In this document: one piece after another, positions 49,101-62,245 of the stretch
Position numbering within the stretch: position 1 is the first letter of the stretch
Layout: each line of letters begins with the position of its first letter
Source: Bispira polyomma
Lineage: Eukaryota
DNA: 64,000 bases
Direction of reading: 5' to 3'
Assembly: GCA_965649765.1 (NCBI GenBank)
Contig: OZ287749.1
Location: 40,486,001-40,550,000 of the forward strand
Translations under genes and position numbers: made by a program
Notes under the pieces: model-generated
Seen by the model: the letters and a program-made list of their open reading frames with translations, nothing else
Told to the model about the DNA's origin: nothing
Databases searched by the model: none

Positions 49101-52100
49101 ACACCTGCATCACAAAGGCTGGGTGCACACATAAACAACATTGAAGTCACCACATATTATTAAATGTATTGTAACGCTCACCTTAAACTCTGACAATAAC
49201 TAGATAAAATGGACAGAAATATGAATGCAAACAACTTTGGTCCTATTATTATCAGAATACATATATTACATTTCAAAGAGCCTTGAGTGTATAATACAAG
49301 GGTTAAGTTGCTCACAGTCTTAATATATATTTTACCATAGTTCCAAGTACAGTGAGAAATTCACAAAGTAGTATAGGGATACCGTTAACACGTAAATAAA
49401 TTGATTGTAATAAGATGACTGCTAAAGATAATTAAAAATAATCAAATACAATTTGCCTCACATTTCCGCCCTACTTAATAGTAGTATATTGAACTCGTGT
49501 AAGGACATTTGCAACGGAACACCTTAAATGGTGCAATAAATTATTAATTCTCCAAATATTTCCACAAATATGTAATAAGAGAAACATGACTGCTCAAAGA
49601 AAGATTAAAGAATGTAATGGTATCCACTATCTATCGGACAAGTGACACTGTCAAATCTAGCATTTGTTTTGTGACATTTATTCATTTTAGTGTGCTCTAA
49701 TTTGACTTAGATTAAGATACATAACAAAACAATCCTTGACTATTATTGTGTGAAACATTTCCGAACTATAAAATGCTTCAATTGCAGGATGTATCTGAGA
49801 GTTAGGTTAAACAAAGTTTCTGACACAAACGTATCACTGGGGTTAAAAGTGATTCCGGTACATTGCATAGGTTAAACATAATAACAAAGATGTGGAGACC
49901 TCAATCTGAAATACATGAAGACTGGCTTTTCCATAAATGGCAATTGGTGGCTGCAGGTTTTCAACCCGATATCACAATTAAACTTAAATGGAAAAGGCCT
50001 GATTTCCCACGCTCTTTTTGCTAACTTATTCCTGGCCACGCTTTTTATGTAAACAAACACAAACATGATATGCTCGTCCTGGTTTTTTTTTAACCCTTCA
50101 TTGCAAAAGAAACATGAAAGAGGTTTATCGTCCTACATATTCCAATACTACTTACAGTTAAAACGAAATCTTTACCTATAGAACAATGAAAGCAAATTGT
50201 TAAGATTTCTTTGTGTTATAACAGGGACTTATATGTCATAATACAAAGGTCTCATAGTAGTTGTTATAAATTTTTCTCAAAGCCATCATCTGCAATACCA
50301 ATCACAAGAGATTAATTATTTTTGCATTACAAATACTTCAGGATTTTATATTTATTACTTTTAGTTATGTCATAGTGGATTAACAAAAAACAAGCAGGCA
50401 TTGGAAAATAAATACTAGAAAAAGAATGGAATGCAAATACAAAGAAAACTTTGACAATAGTCTACTATTTATGATTTCAAACTATCAAACTTCTTCCCTA
50501 CATTCTTATGTATAATGGCAGAAAAGAAAAGCCGCTTGTGTTCATGAATAGCATTTGTTTAATGTAACTATAACCCTATTCTACACACCTATGGCTACAA
50601 CAAATGAAAGTATTTTAAGAAATCACAAATTAATTATTCTGATGGGATGTGAATTGTATCTCTCATGCATGTTATTCTACTGAACTTTGTATGTCTGAGA
50701 TCAGTACAATTGCATGTTAAAATGAACAATGCACTTGGATAACATAAGGAATTCCAACAACAATATTGGTAAGATTTTGTTTTGGCTTTTTCTTTAAATT
50801 TGTCATTTCCTAAAGTTTACCAAAGTTGACGTTAAACACAAAATTTGGATACCAAAAATTAAATTACTAAAACCAATATGACATCAATATATCACTAACA
50901 TTTCAGATTGATAAATTTTAATAAATCTAATTATCCATTTTTCTAATTATCACCTTTTGGTGTCGGTATTATTGCCACAAATAAATAAAACAATTAAAGA
51001 CATATCGTATTTTTTAAACAATTATATTTAAGTCAGGGCACAAACATAGCTTTAAGAAGTTGTAATATATTTGAGAAAAATTTTCAAGTGACATTTTATA
51101 GCTCTGCACAACTAGGAATAACTTATCTCATTTCTAATCTGACTACACATTTAATTTTAATGACAAAAACATCATTACACCAACACATATCAAATTTATT
51201 CATCAGCTAAAGTACATTATCGTGTCAGATAATGTGTGGTGCTGATAAGAAAGGGCGTCTCTGTGGGGCTCATTATGTTAGTGTATTTAACATATATTCA
51301 AGTGGTCTTTGACAGCGGTAATTTCTAGAGAAGAGCAAGACTGTTCTGCTTCACTGCTAGAACTGGTGTCAAATACATACTCATGTGGTAGGGTATTCTA
51401 ACCTTGACCTAAGAGCCCTATCTCATAAATATGTAAAGGATATTGAAGAACCTTTTGAGAACCTCACCATTATTTTTTTGTTGGTTGAATATTTGTCTCT
51501 TGATGTAAAAGTTTTCTTTTACTTCTAATGATACAGTAAACAACCAGTCCTGTTTAAACTCAAGTATATTAAAGTATCAGTTTAAAAGTATTATGCAGGA
51601 GGGGACATTACGGTATGGAGGTTACTTCCCAATTATTTGTCTATTCATGAAATGTTTACTTTATCATCTATTTTCCCATGACATTTTCACACCTGAAAAA
51701 AGTGTTGACACTCCATACTAAATAAAGTTTTACACGCAGAGTTGATAATCTTGAAAAGCTATTATACACATTATTGAATAAGTTATAATTTGTATAAATA
51801 TGTGAACTCTCATGGGAATCACTGTACCGGTGGCCTCCACAATGTATTGCATGCACCAAGCCCAGCACTATCAAATGCCTTTGGCCAAAATAATCGAGAT
51901 TTGTTTAAACATACTCCCACCCAGAAATGGAAATAGACCCAGTTTAAGTCATATTATCATAATTACACTTACAAAGTACTCAGAAGTGATTTATTTCCTC
52001 TTCACATGAGGAAAAGTACAAATAGTCAACACATAGTTCAACAAACTGATGATATCAAGTAATGTCATACAAATACAGTATCCAAAGCTGCAAAGATCAA

Positions 52101-52859
52101 AAGTATTTATGTTATATAAACAAATTAGAACAATGTAATGATGAGGTAATCATTTACAGGACAGGTTAACTCTTTTTTAGCCTGTTCATCTTGAAATGTG
52201 CAATTTTTTCTTTTTCTATTCTCTTTATATGGATGTACTATAAGAACGGACTAGGTGAACTATTTCATCATAAGCATTGCATTTTTTAGGTCATTATTTA
52301 ATTATGTCAAGATCTTCTGGGAAAATTTTGAAGTGTGCAAATAGACAAACACCTTGATAGATAAAAGCCCAAAAAGGAGAAAATTTAAATCTGTGGCCAG
52401 TAAATTTTTATCATTATTCATTTATTGTAAAAATGCAATTTCCAAAAAAATGTGGTAGCATATTTTCAGAGTAATCTCACATGGCACAAAGCTTTAATAA
52501 AGAAGGAATATGAAATTATTGGGCATCACAGGAAGAGTTTGAATCAAGTGAAATCAAAAGGGGGAAAATATACAAAATAGGCTGAGTTAGTCTCTTCTAA
52601 TAAGACTTCATAAATTGAGGAATAAATTGAGGAAAACATACCTCATTGAGCATTGAAAACAATCTTAGTGTAGTAGTAGTTGAATATTATCTTGTGCTAG
52701 ATAAATATTAGTATTATGTCACAACATAAAGATTTCCCTTTTATACTTATAAAGTCTTCAACAACAGAATGTTTCAAGTATATATCTATCTGCATCGGCC
52801 TTTCTAGATGGACACACTCCAAACTTTAATGGATTTATGAGTAATTGGCTCAGGGATCC

Positions 52860-52942
52860 TCCCTTTAAATATTTCATGTAACCAAACCAAGCAACCAACC
52901 AATTGACATGGGTGAAAACATAACCTCTTTGGTGGAGGTAAA
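52860..52942 (-). mobile_element. HINE-like family H2, 5' end
   Basis: (AACC)n..GACATGGGTGAAAACATAACCTCTTTGGTGGAGGTAA is antisense to the H2 head. Confidence 0.7.
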
Positions 52943-54699
52943 CACGAATGAATGAGTCACATGTGTCAAATGTTTATGATGGAAATTCTGAATTTTTATT
53001 CTAACTTCTCAAAATTAATAGATTTGTAAGAACCTGAGATGAAGAGAAACCGCAAACCTAAAACAGGGGGTAACCTCCAAAAGCAATCCAAAACAAGTTA
53101 GTTCAAATGTCATGATAAACCTGCACACAAAATTTAGTGGGAATATCTTTATAAGTTTTTCTTCAAATGAATGGAAATGAAAGAAAGACGCCAGATATCA
53201 AACACTGGATGCCACAAACAGTAATCAGAAAAATAATATTGTAGAGACGCGAAAATTAGAAGAACATTTCATTAATTTACAATTTTTAAGAAATTTATTA
53301 TCACTATTGGCCTAATTTTAGTTGAAAGATTGAGACGAATCTATTGATTAGGAATTAAACTTCACTGTCAAAGTTAACTGGCTGAAATAGCTAAAATGAC
53401 TTCATAGTGAAAAGTTTCACTTTTACAGTTTGTCCACTCCCACTAATAAATCTGTATCTAACTAAAGGTAAACATATTTAAGAAATGTTTAACTTATTTA
53501 GGACTAAAATTAAACTACAATAGAGATATGATAGAGTAAAAACTACTGAGGCGTTTTGTTTGACAGTTTAGAGAATTAGCATTCCTGGAATAGATACGAA
53601 AGACTACTTAAAAACAAACCCACAATGATTGTGTTTCCGAGCTAATATTTGCCAGGTCTGTGTGTTTTTGTTAATTATTACTCTGCCCTTCCAAGTCACA
53701 CACAATAAATAAGATACATTCAATAGGCTTTTGAACACGTCCCCTCAGGAAAAATTATACTCTTCACTTTCAACTGGGGTAAAAGGCTTGAGATACTGTT
53801 GAACATACTTCACCACTGTGCTGGTGTATTTTAGATCATGGGAAAGTTACACTTTTTTCCTAAGAATCTCTAAACTGTCTCAACACCGATCATGTATCAC
53901 TTATAATGAGCTTTTGATCATCGTTCATTTATAAAATTGCGCTTTTTAAGTTTCCAAGGACTTTGAAAGGCAATGAGAAAAAAAATGGGGTATTTTAAAT
54001 TATAGAGTTATATAAATCACTGGTCAAGGAACAATGACTTAATTTGACTTATTTTTACCCTAAAAGTGAAAAAACTAAAATCAGATTTACGTAAAATCTT
54101 AAGGAAGGTCTTGAAGACTTTTGTGTGTTTTAATAGTGTTACCACCTCGTGTTGATGTTAGTTTATCAGCCGCAATGAAGGAGTGGAGATTAGAAATATG
54201 TAAAGAAATTCCCACAACACAAGTTTTGTTGTTATATTGCTTCATATCACTTGATATGGACATTAACAATACATATTAACTTGGGGAGCCTTTCGAGTTA
54301 TTTAAAAGATTAACCTAGCTGTTTCCATAATAATATGTAAATGGTGCTTGTCTAGAACACCACTCATAAAGATACTGGTTTGTATAATATTTATAGCAAA
54401 CGTAAAAATTTTACAATAAAATACCCTTTTTTTTCCCACTCGTAGTTTTTTTTCACATTTTTTAAAAATGACATCCTTATTGCACTAAACAACGAAACTG
54501 AAAAAGGTGTCCCATCATCGTGTTCACTTCAAGTTACTGTAATTGCCATGACATCTAGGTGCATTAAATAGAAAAAAAAACTTCTTTTAGTAGAGAGGCA
54601 TATGTATATCCCTATACAAAAATTATATTCTTAAGTTCCACCTACAAATTCTTGCAACAATTGTTCCACATTATGTCACGAGCAATCAAGTAACTTTGA

Positions 54700-55265
54700 T
54701 AAAAAAGGCATCCGTGTATCAAATGATCAATACCTCCTTTGACACCTCACTGAGCTGCCCCTTTTCCATGTAGCTCAGTGAGATGACCACCGGCGGACCA
54801 TACTGATTCTATCACTTCTTGTCACTGGTTGCTTATCAAATATAAGGCAATATTTAAAACTGCTACTTTAATCTTTAAATACCCCCAATTTATGTCTCTC
54901 TCGGTATTTCAGTCCTTACTTGTCTCCCTATACATGTCAACTCAATACAAGGCGTAGCAGGCCTGATAGTCTTTCTCAAGTGTCCCTACATTTCTACCAT
55001 CAGTTCATAAGTCAAAAAGGCATTTCAACAAAAGTTTCTTATATGATACTCTAAGCTGTGGAATGATATGCCTCATGATATTCACACTGCTTCCTCACTT
55101 ATCTGTTTTAGAAAGAAGCTCAAAACCCACCTATTTAGCAAGGCTTTTCCACCTTAGCCTCTTTACCATTTTCTGGGGTCTCTACAGTCATGACCCCTGT
55201 ACGTCCAATGGCTATATGAAATTATGAAAATGATTTTCCTGTCTCGTGCACCTTTGAGTTTGATA
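54700..55265 (+). mobile_element. L2-clade LINE 3' remnant (ORF2 C-terminus plus 3'UTR), frameshifted
   Basis: HWLLIKYKAIFKTATLIFKY from 54823 (LHWLP..RI.FK motif) and KLWNDMPHDIHTASSLICFRKKLKTHLFSKAFPP* ending at 55157 (LWNxLP..FKxxLKTHLF motif). Confidence 0.85.
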
Positions 55266-55653
55266 TTTAAACTTCATGTGTTTCCATATATCAGAGGCGA
55301 GAGCCGGTGGCCAACACCGACCAAATTCCAGATGCAAAAACATCTGTCAGCTTGTAAACACTGTATGAGACAATATAAAACTCACAGGTTAACGCACAAA
55401 TCTTTACCTCATAAAATATGCCTGTGAAATTGATAAAACATAAGAATTGGCGATCTGTATAAAAACATAGAAATTTTTCAATTCCCGACAGTTAATAAAT
55501 GGCAGTCGACTGTATTTTGTCCATGTGTGCAACTTTTGTTGTTGAAAATTGAATATTAAAAATACAGCTTCTTTATAAGCCACCTTAAATCAGTTTACCG
55601 TTGAAAAAAATCTGAGGTTCTTAGAAAGTATTTTGTTCTATAATCTACATTGT

Positions 55654-55822
55654 TAAGTGGAACTCCAGGTAAAATTGATTTATTTCTTCCAGTTCCCAGA
55701 AATTCAACTAAAGGAGTTTAAGTACAGTCATATCCCATAAGTGGAGTTCCAGCTAAAGTAGACTTATTTCTTCCAGTTCCCAGAGATTCAACTAAAGGAG
55801 TTTAAGTACATTCATATCCCAT
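55654..55822. repeat. 84-bp tandem duplication of MITE-derived sequence
   Basis: TAAGTGGA..TCCAG at 55654 and 55738; TTATTTCTTCCAGTTCCCAGA occurs twice. Confidence 0.9.
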
Positions 55823-55905
55823 TGCCATTGTCTTATTAACTTAATAATGAAAACATTGGTAATAAAAACTAACTTTGTTGTAAAACCAAGAAATATAAAC
55901 ATATG

Positions 55906-56125
55906 GTCTCCCGTAGCTTTGTGGTTAGGGAGTTGGTCTGGTGATTAGAAGGTTCCTGGTTCAACTCCTGGTAACACCATCATGGTTACTTGGGGATAAC
56001 AAGCTTGGGCAATATGCAGGTTTACTGATTACCGCTAAATAACTATATATTGGTGATTAATGGTTTATTGATTCTCATGTTACACATAGAAGATACCTGG
56101 CATCAATACAGCATGCTAAGTATAA
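55906..56125 (+). mobile_element. SINE family A1
   Basis: GTCTCCCGTAGCTTTGTGGTTAGGGAGTTGGTCTGGTGATTAGAAGGTTCCTGGTTCAACTCC head (tRNA-Thr-like) and GAAGATACCTGGCATCAATA tail. Confidence 0.8.
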
Positions 56126-56299
56126 AGTTTAAATATAAATCATAAGACATATTTTATTCAGATGGACTAAGATTTGATCTTCATTACTATTGAAACTCTA
56201 ATGTCTTCTAATTTCTTGTTTTAGAATTTTGAAAAAAAGACAAAATTACAGCAATTCTTGGGAATAAGATAAGACTTATAATTTAATTCTGCAGACTAA

Positions 56300-56923
56300 T
56301 ACGGAAGCCTATAGAGGTCAAACCTAAAAAACTTTTTATGTCGTAATTACGACATAAGGTTATGTCGTAATTTCAACATAAGGCTATCTCATTATTTCAA
56401 CTTAAGGTTATGTTGTAATTTCAACATAAGGCTATCTCGTAATTTCAACATAAGGCTATATCGTAATTTTAACATTAGGTTATGTCGTAATTTCAACATA
56501 AGGAAATATTTTTCTATGATACAAAATCTTTTTTATTTATTAAACAAACACGGATGTTGTAATCATGCGAAAGCCTTATCTCTTCAAAACAGGACAGTCT
56601 TATGTTGAAATCACGAGATAGCCTTATGTTAAAATTACAAGATAGCACTATGTCGAAATTACGACATAGCACTATGTCGAAATTACAACATAGCACTATC
56701 ACGTAATAACGACACACCATATATCTGTTTACTGTTTTTAAAAAGTTTGTTTTCCGTTTTTTAAAAAAATTTGTTTTCCATTTTTAAAAAAATTTGTTTT
56801 TCGTTTTTAAAAAAAGTTTGTTTTTTGTTTAAAAAAAGAAATTATCTTGTAATTTTGACATAGCACTATCTCGTATTTACGAGATAATTTTTTTTTTTAA
56901 TATGACCTGTATAGGTCTCCATA
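56300..56923. mobile_element. IS3EU-like non-autonomous DNA transposon with palindromic 24-bp arrays
   Basis: Termini TACGGAAGCCTATAGAGGTCA / TGACCTGTATAGGTCTCCATA. Exact 6-bp TSD GACTAA (56294-56299 and 56924-56929). Internal arrays of TATGTCGTAATTACGACATA plus 4 nt. Confidence 0.8.
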
Positions 56924-57565
56924 GACTAACAATTTCATAAGAAAATATAGATTACTAGCCTGTATAGCTTAAAAGTCGAAGAAAAGTACATATGGTTTTA
57001 CTTCAGTTGTATGGAAACTTTAAGCACAGTTACTATTTAAGAAGACCATTACTTGTTCATAAGATCCAGAAAACTTCAGCACAGTTATTTTTTATGGAAT
57101 AATTCTTAGTTTTATGACAGTTCCCACATATTGTCCTGGGTCTGTGTCAAAATCTGCTGCGAAACTTGTACAGATTTCTTTGGGGTTACATTGGGGCTTT
57201 GGCACCATTACTTGTTGATGACATCCGAATGCAGACATTACCTGGGTCCGAGTGGGTCCACACAATTTTTTGAAGTTTCCTGCTTTTACTGTACAAACAG
57301 CACTTTGTTTGGCAATCTTGTTCTTGAGAACCATTAAACGATCAGTCTCAAATTTTGCATACAAATACCTTATCATATATACATGTATATCATGGCATTA
57401 TGCTCAATATGTAGTTTTAGATTCATAAAATATTAAATATCTCACTAACCATTGGAGTTAGAGACTTAGAATGTATTGTGAGCATGTTGGCATTTACGAA
57501 ACCTGGCTCAGAGTATGTAATGCACTGGTCAGATATGACCGTTGATCTTGGGTTCAAAGTTACAT

Positions 57566-57975
57566 TTGAACTAGGATATCAGTAACTGTATAGGGATATA
57601 AAAGGTGCAAGATAAAACACAAAAAAACAGGGTATTTCTTTCATTGTAAAAACTTGCTTACTGCACTTAGGTTTTACTCCTATGAGGAAAAACAGCCTTA
57701 AGCAATCATTTAATATCATTCACCGGTCAAGATTACAGAGTATCTGAAAATGATTTGAGGATTGACGCTGTCAGATGTCTTTTAGAATTGTCACTGTCTA
57801 AGCCAGGAATATACTAAAGACTTCCGATATCTTGAACTAGGGGTACAATAGGTGCACGACAAAACACAAATAACAGAGAACGGATTTCACTGCAAAAACT
57901 TACATATTGCCAACTGCACTAAGGATTCATTCCCAGCGAGGACAAAAAAGCCATCACCAATCATTTTAATATCTA
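57566..57975. repeat. Old two-copy direct duplication (~150 bp homologous, period ~266)
   Basis: TTGAACTAGG at 57566 and 57832. AGGTGCA.GA.AAAACACAAA, TTTCA.TG.AAAAACTT, ACTGCACT.AGG and CAATCATTTTAATATC occur in both copies. Confidence 0.8.
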
Positions 57976-59087
57976 TCCATTTTTAAGCTATGCCAACCAT
58001 TTCCCACACAAACAAATAACTTTGAGCAATAAATAAAGATCACCCACACTTAGGGCCCTCAATTGTAGCACACACAGAGGGATTGCTAGGTAGTGATCAA
58101 ATGATTGGCCCCAGTAACTAGTGCCAACAAACATCCTTGATGGTATCTAAGTGTACCAGTCAATCCCGGACATGTGGATATAGGGCTGAGAAGTTTACCT
58201 TATATAACAAAAAGCTGTGCACAGTCCCAGAAAGATAATAGAGCATCTAAAATGTCCCAAGCTTAACATGAGCTTTTGACTCTGTGTATCATGTACCTAA
58301 AATAAGATTGCTAATAGAATCGTTACATGCATCAGTTTTACATTGCAACTGTTATTCAATTTGGTTAAAATGTCAATTCAAATTGAATTGTTATCATTGT
58401 GTAGAATGATACTCTCAATTTATCAGTTTAAGATCGCAAAACTACTCAGAAAGATCTCCTGCTGCAAATATTGATTCTATTGATTTAAAGCCTCAGATCT
58501 GAATATTCATTACACCGTCGAGTGTGGGTTTTATCCCTTATCGTTGCAATTGCTTTGCTTTTTGCTGTGTGCCAAACAAATTGCTGTTTTGTTTTTTTCC
58601 ATTGTAATCATACATCAAATGAGTAACCGCCATTGCATGAAGGATATACATGCTTCTCTCTTACATTATTACAGCCAAACTTCCCCAGAAATTGCTGCCA
58701 GAAAGAACTACAAATTAACATCCAATTTAGGCAAGAGGATGCAGCTTTTTCCTTTCCAATTATTCCCGACGTACTCTAGGTAAACAATGAAATGTTTTGT
58801 GCAAAACTATGCAAAAAACAATTTTTTGATATACTAGTACTTGTCACTGATAGTGAAGAAGTGAACTGAACTCTAGGGAAAAAACAGCAGTTTTCTCTTG
58901 CGTTTCATCAATGGTTATGTGTGTGTCATACACACCAAGGCATTTCTAGCCCTATCATCATTCAAAATGTCAAATAAGAGAGTAATTTTACTACTCAATT
59001 GCTGGCCGACGGACATGGCACTGGTAAATATAAATCTCTGTTGACTGCTACCTTATAATTACAACCAAGTTGTATGCATTAAGTTTA

Positions 59088-59437
59088 CAGTGGCCTTGTG
59101 AGTAACACACCTGCTTGGGAACACTAGAGGACCTGGCTTCAATCCTAGCCTATGATTCCCACACAAGGCAGAAATACAATTAGTGGCTCAAATGGTCACT
59201 TAAGATGGTGGTCATTTGTCACCGGGTTCTATTATCTCTAGTGGCAGGCTAAAGAACCTCAGGGGACATTAATAAAAGATCATCCTGAAGTATGTGTCCT
59301 CAGTCAGGAAAATAGCAGTTACTGTTGCCAAATGGCTGTACTTGTGCAGTCAAAGGAAAGGTCTAAACAAACACATGAAGCATGTTTGTGCATGGTATAG
59401 TGCCATATAAATACCCTTAATAATAACAATAATAATA
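59088..59437 (+). mobile_element. SINE family B with an alternative L2/CR1-like tail
   Basis: CAGTGGCCTTGTGAGTAACACAC..GAGGACCTGGCTTCAATCC head, shared body, and GCCATATAAATAC..(AAT)n end. Confidence 0.8.
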
Positions 59438-61701
59438 TACATTCAAACTAATCAACTGGTATTGGGAACAGTTTGTCCTCTATTTCTATTCTATACTTCT
59501 CCCAAAGTCATGTTTATAACACAACTAAAAGTCTTTGTTGCTCAAAGAAAAAACTCTATTTTTACCTGACATTTCTTGGCATTACGTGTCAAAGAATGAT
59601 AGATTCCACTTTTTTTTGTGTATCTCATTCTGACAGCTATTGATAAATGACAAGAATCAAACATTATTAATAATTTCATGATTTATAAATTATACCACAA
59701 ATCCAGGGGCCAAACAAGGACCAACAAGTACCTTCATCGTGACCAAAAACTGGTTAAAAAAATAATTTACACTGTATATTTTTATAATGTTTTACACACC
59801 ATTGCATGTGTTATGTCACTAAACGGAATGTTGTTGTTTTCTAAAATCCTAATTATCATTTCATATTTTTATCTCTAATGTCTTAAATTTAAGATATTCC
59901 CATTCAGTCCACTAAAATGTGTCCCATCACGAAACTACTGAATGAAAACCCACAAGTCATTTGCATTGACATGTCCTATTCTTACAAATTTAATATCCAA
60001 GTAAGTAAATGATGTGTCAGTCATAAATATGGATAGAGTAGATATTTTATTTCTCCAGTTAGATTTCCATTCATTCCCATAGTCATGCTGAACAAAAGGG
60101 GACTTGTTCACAAATTGATCAGGAGAATTTCTTTAAGAATTGACCTATAATTCCACTCTGTTTACAAAATAATAACTCGGATACACAGCAATCCACTCAC
60201 ATCACGAACATTTAAGCAACCGAAGCTGCAATCATTTTCAGTCGCTATACTTACTTATTTTAGTATTCCATTATTACTTACTGGTAAACTTACTGATTGA
60301 TGTATTATAAACTTGGTTTATAGGTCTTTATTGCTGAGAATGTAAATGTCAAATCAAAGTCACCAACAAACTAGCTGACTATATCGAACCTCATATAGAA
60401 AACTAAAAAGATAGGCCAAGATGAGTTACTTTTGTTCACAAAAAGAAATTCCAATAATACTCACTACAACCGTTACATTTTAGATTTAAACATGTACGAG
60501 TCCTCATTTGACCTTGAAGGAGGTATACGGGTCATTAAGTATGCCCTCCTCTTTTTGATTATGAAAATGGTTCTTGGGGTTTTATGTCTGTGATAACTTG
60601 TGTTTACGGGACACAGCCACAACTAAGTGATAATAATTATGTAATCTGATGGTTTAAAACATATGTAAGCAGTATATTGCTTATAGGTTTTATTTTGTTT
60701 AAATTCCTGCCCTTATTACCAAGCTTTTTTGCACAAAGCCCAAATAGGTTCCGAGTCCTATGGATTACAATCCCCCATGGCCCTTGCTATTCAGCAGATG
60801 CATTGTAGCCTATAGACATAGATCCCCCAAAAAAAGTTATACATCCTGAAACTCTCACGGCATTTTTGCAATTAATAGTGTCGTTTTTTTGACATATTGA
60901 AAGATTTAGAGACATCATATAAACCATTACAGAGATAAATAACTGCTGTGGAAACACAAGCAGCACTAACGTCTGATAGCTTTTATCGGATCACAGTTTC
61001 AGATCACTCTCCAGACTGATAGGGTCAGGAAGTATATTTGGTCCACGATAACATCTTGCTTCATCCTTTTTACCTTTACACTGCAAAACAAAGCTGTTTA
61101 AACTATATGATAGCAAGATAGAAGTGTGGAGTAGAGTTAAACATTATTTGATTTTATGGAGGGTATTACAAGACATATACCGCTACCAGGAATTTACTCT
61201 TTTTTTCATGGCTTTTTTTGGCTTTCGCCCATACAGATGGAACTCTATCTAACTGAGTTACACCCATTTTGCACAGGTATATTACTCATCAAAAGACAAC
61301 TGACTACATATTTCTGAACTTTCTTTACCTGTAAAACTTAAACTTCCTAATATCATGTCAGTATTGGTAAATAACTCTTCCGTTATTTTGCTCTTGTAGC
61401 ATCCCAGTTAAAAACTGGTCTGACCAATGATACTGTATGTAAGATTTTTGCCAGAGTTGATTCTTTTCATTAAAGACCAATTGTCTCACTGCATACTTCT
61501 TTCTCACTTTCTGTGAGCTACCCTTGAAGCATAAACCTTTTCAAATGTTACAGTTGCTGAAATACAAGTTTTGTTATGACCTGGGACATGTTCATTTTTG
61601 TGATTTAACAATTGTTGAATTACACACAGTTAACGCTACCCCTGCAGCTTCCACTCACATTGTGATATTAAATAACTAACTACAGGTAGAACAGTACAAA
61701 A

Positions 61702-61789
61702 GCCTAGAACTGCCATTCAAGTTCAAAATACACATTTAGAATTGTAAATACAATGTACTCTATTTTGACTTTGAATGGTCATTCCAGGC
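61702..61789. repeat. ~90-bp imperfect hairpin (small foldback MITE-like)
   Basis: Left arm GCCTAGAACTGCCATTCAAGTTCAAAATA versus right-arm reverse complement GCCTGGAATGACCATTCAAAGTCAAAATA. Confidence 0.65.
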
Positions 61790-61898
61790 CAGATTAGACA
61801 AGTGCATGACATCATACATCTACACTTCCAAATCATTGTTCAAAGATGAACTTTACCGTGAACTTTTGATCACGTGCAGCCTGATAGTAATTTCATTC

Positions 61899-62025
61899 TT
61901 AAAAGGGCACGGCCATTTTGGAAATATGTAACGCCTTTATGGATTGGTTAGAAGCAATCGACCTGGTCAAACTGAGGGAGGTCAGTCACACTGTGCCAAT
62001 GTCTTTTTTAAGACAACTCTTGTTT
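61899..62025 (+). repeat. Dispersed repeat, possibly Kolobok-like, copy 2 (internally deleted)
   Basis: Homologous to 48664-48860. Confidence 0.6.
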
Positions 62026-62054
62026 TGAGACACAGAATTGATTCCATTTTTTTT

Positions 62055-62245
62055 AAGGTCAAGGTATTGTTAACCAAGATAACCAACACTAAGATCAGAC
62101 CATGACATTACACACATACTCATTCTTCTAATTAGGTTGGATTTTCTCTGACAGTTGGTTCATCAGCTCTTGTCCTAACTAAAACCATGCCCTCTTAGTA
62201 CAGGGAATAACAATACCCTGAATTAATGAAAATGGGTTTAAAATG
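62055..62245. mobile_element. Degraded HINE/pearl-like remnant related to 1-392
   Basis: AAGGTCAAGG, AGACCATGACATTACAC, GGGAATAACAATACCC..GGGTTTAAAA. Confidence 0.4.

Noticed and set aside
55906-55980. tRNA genes at SINE heads (also 13975, 21069, 35390, 40109, 59088)
   Set aside because: Acceptor stems and anticodon loops are broken, and each head continues into a shared SINE body and tail.
56335-56720. CRISPR-like or repeat-protein (CRNFDIVL)n array
   Set aside because: The 24-bp units are contiguous with no unique spacers, there are no cas genes, the context is eukaryotic, and the array lies inside a TIR/TSD-bounded transposon.
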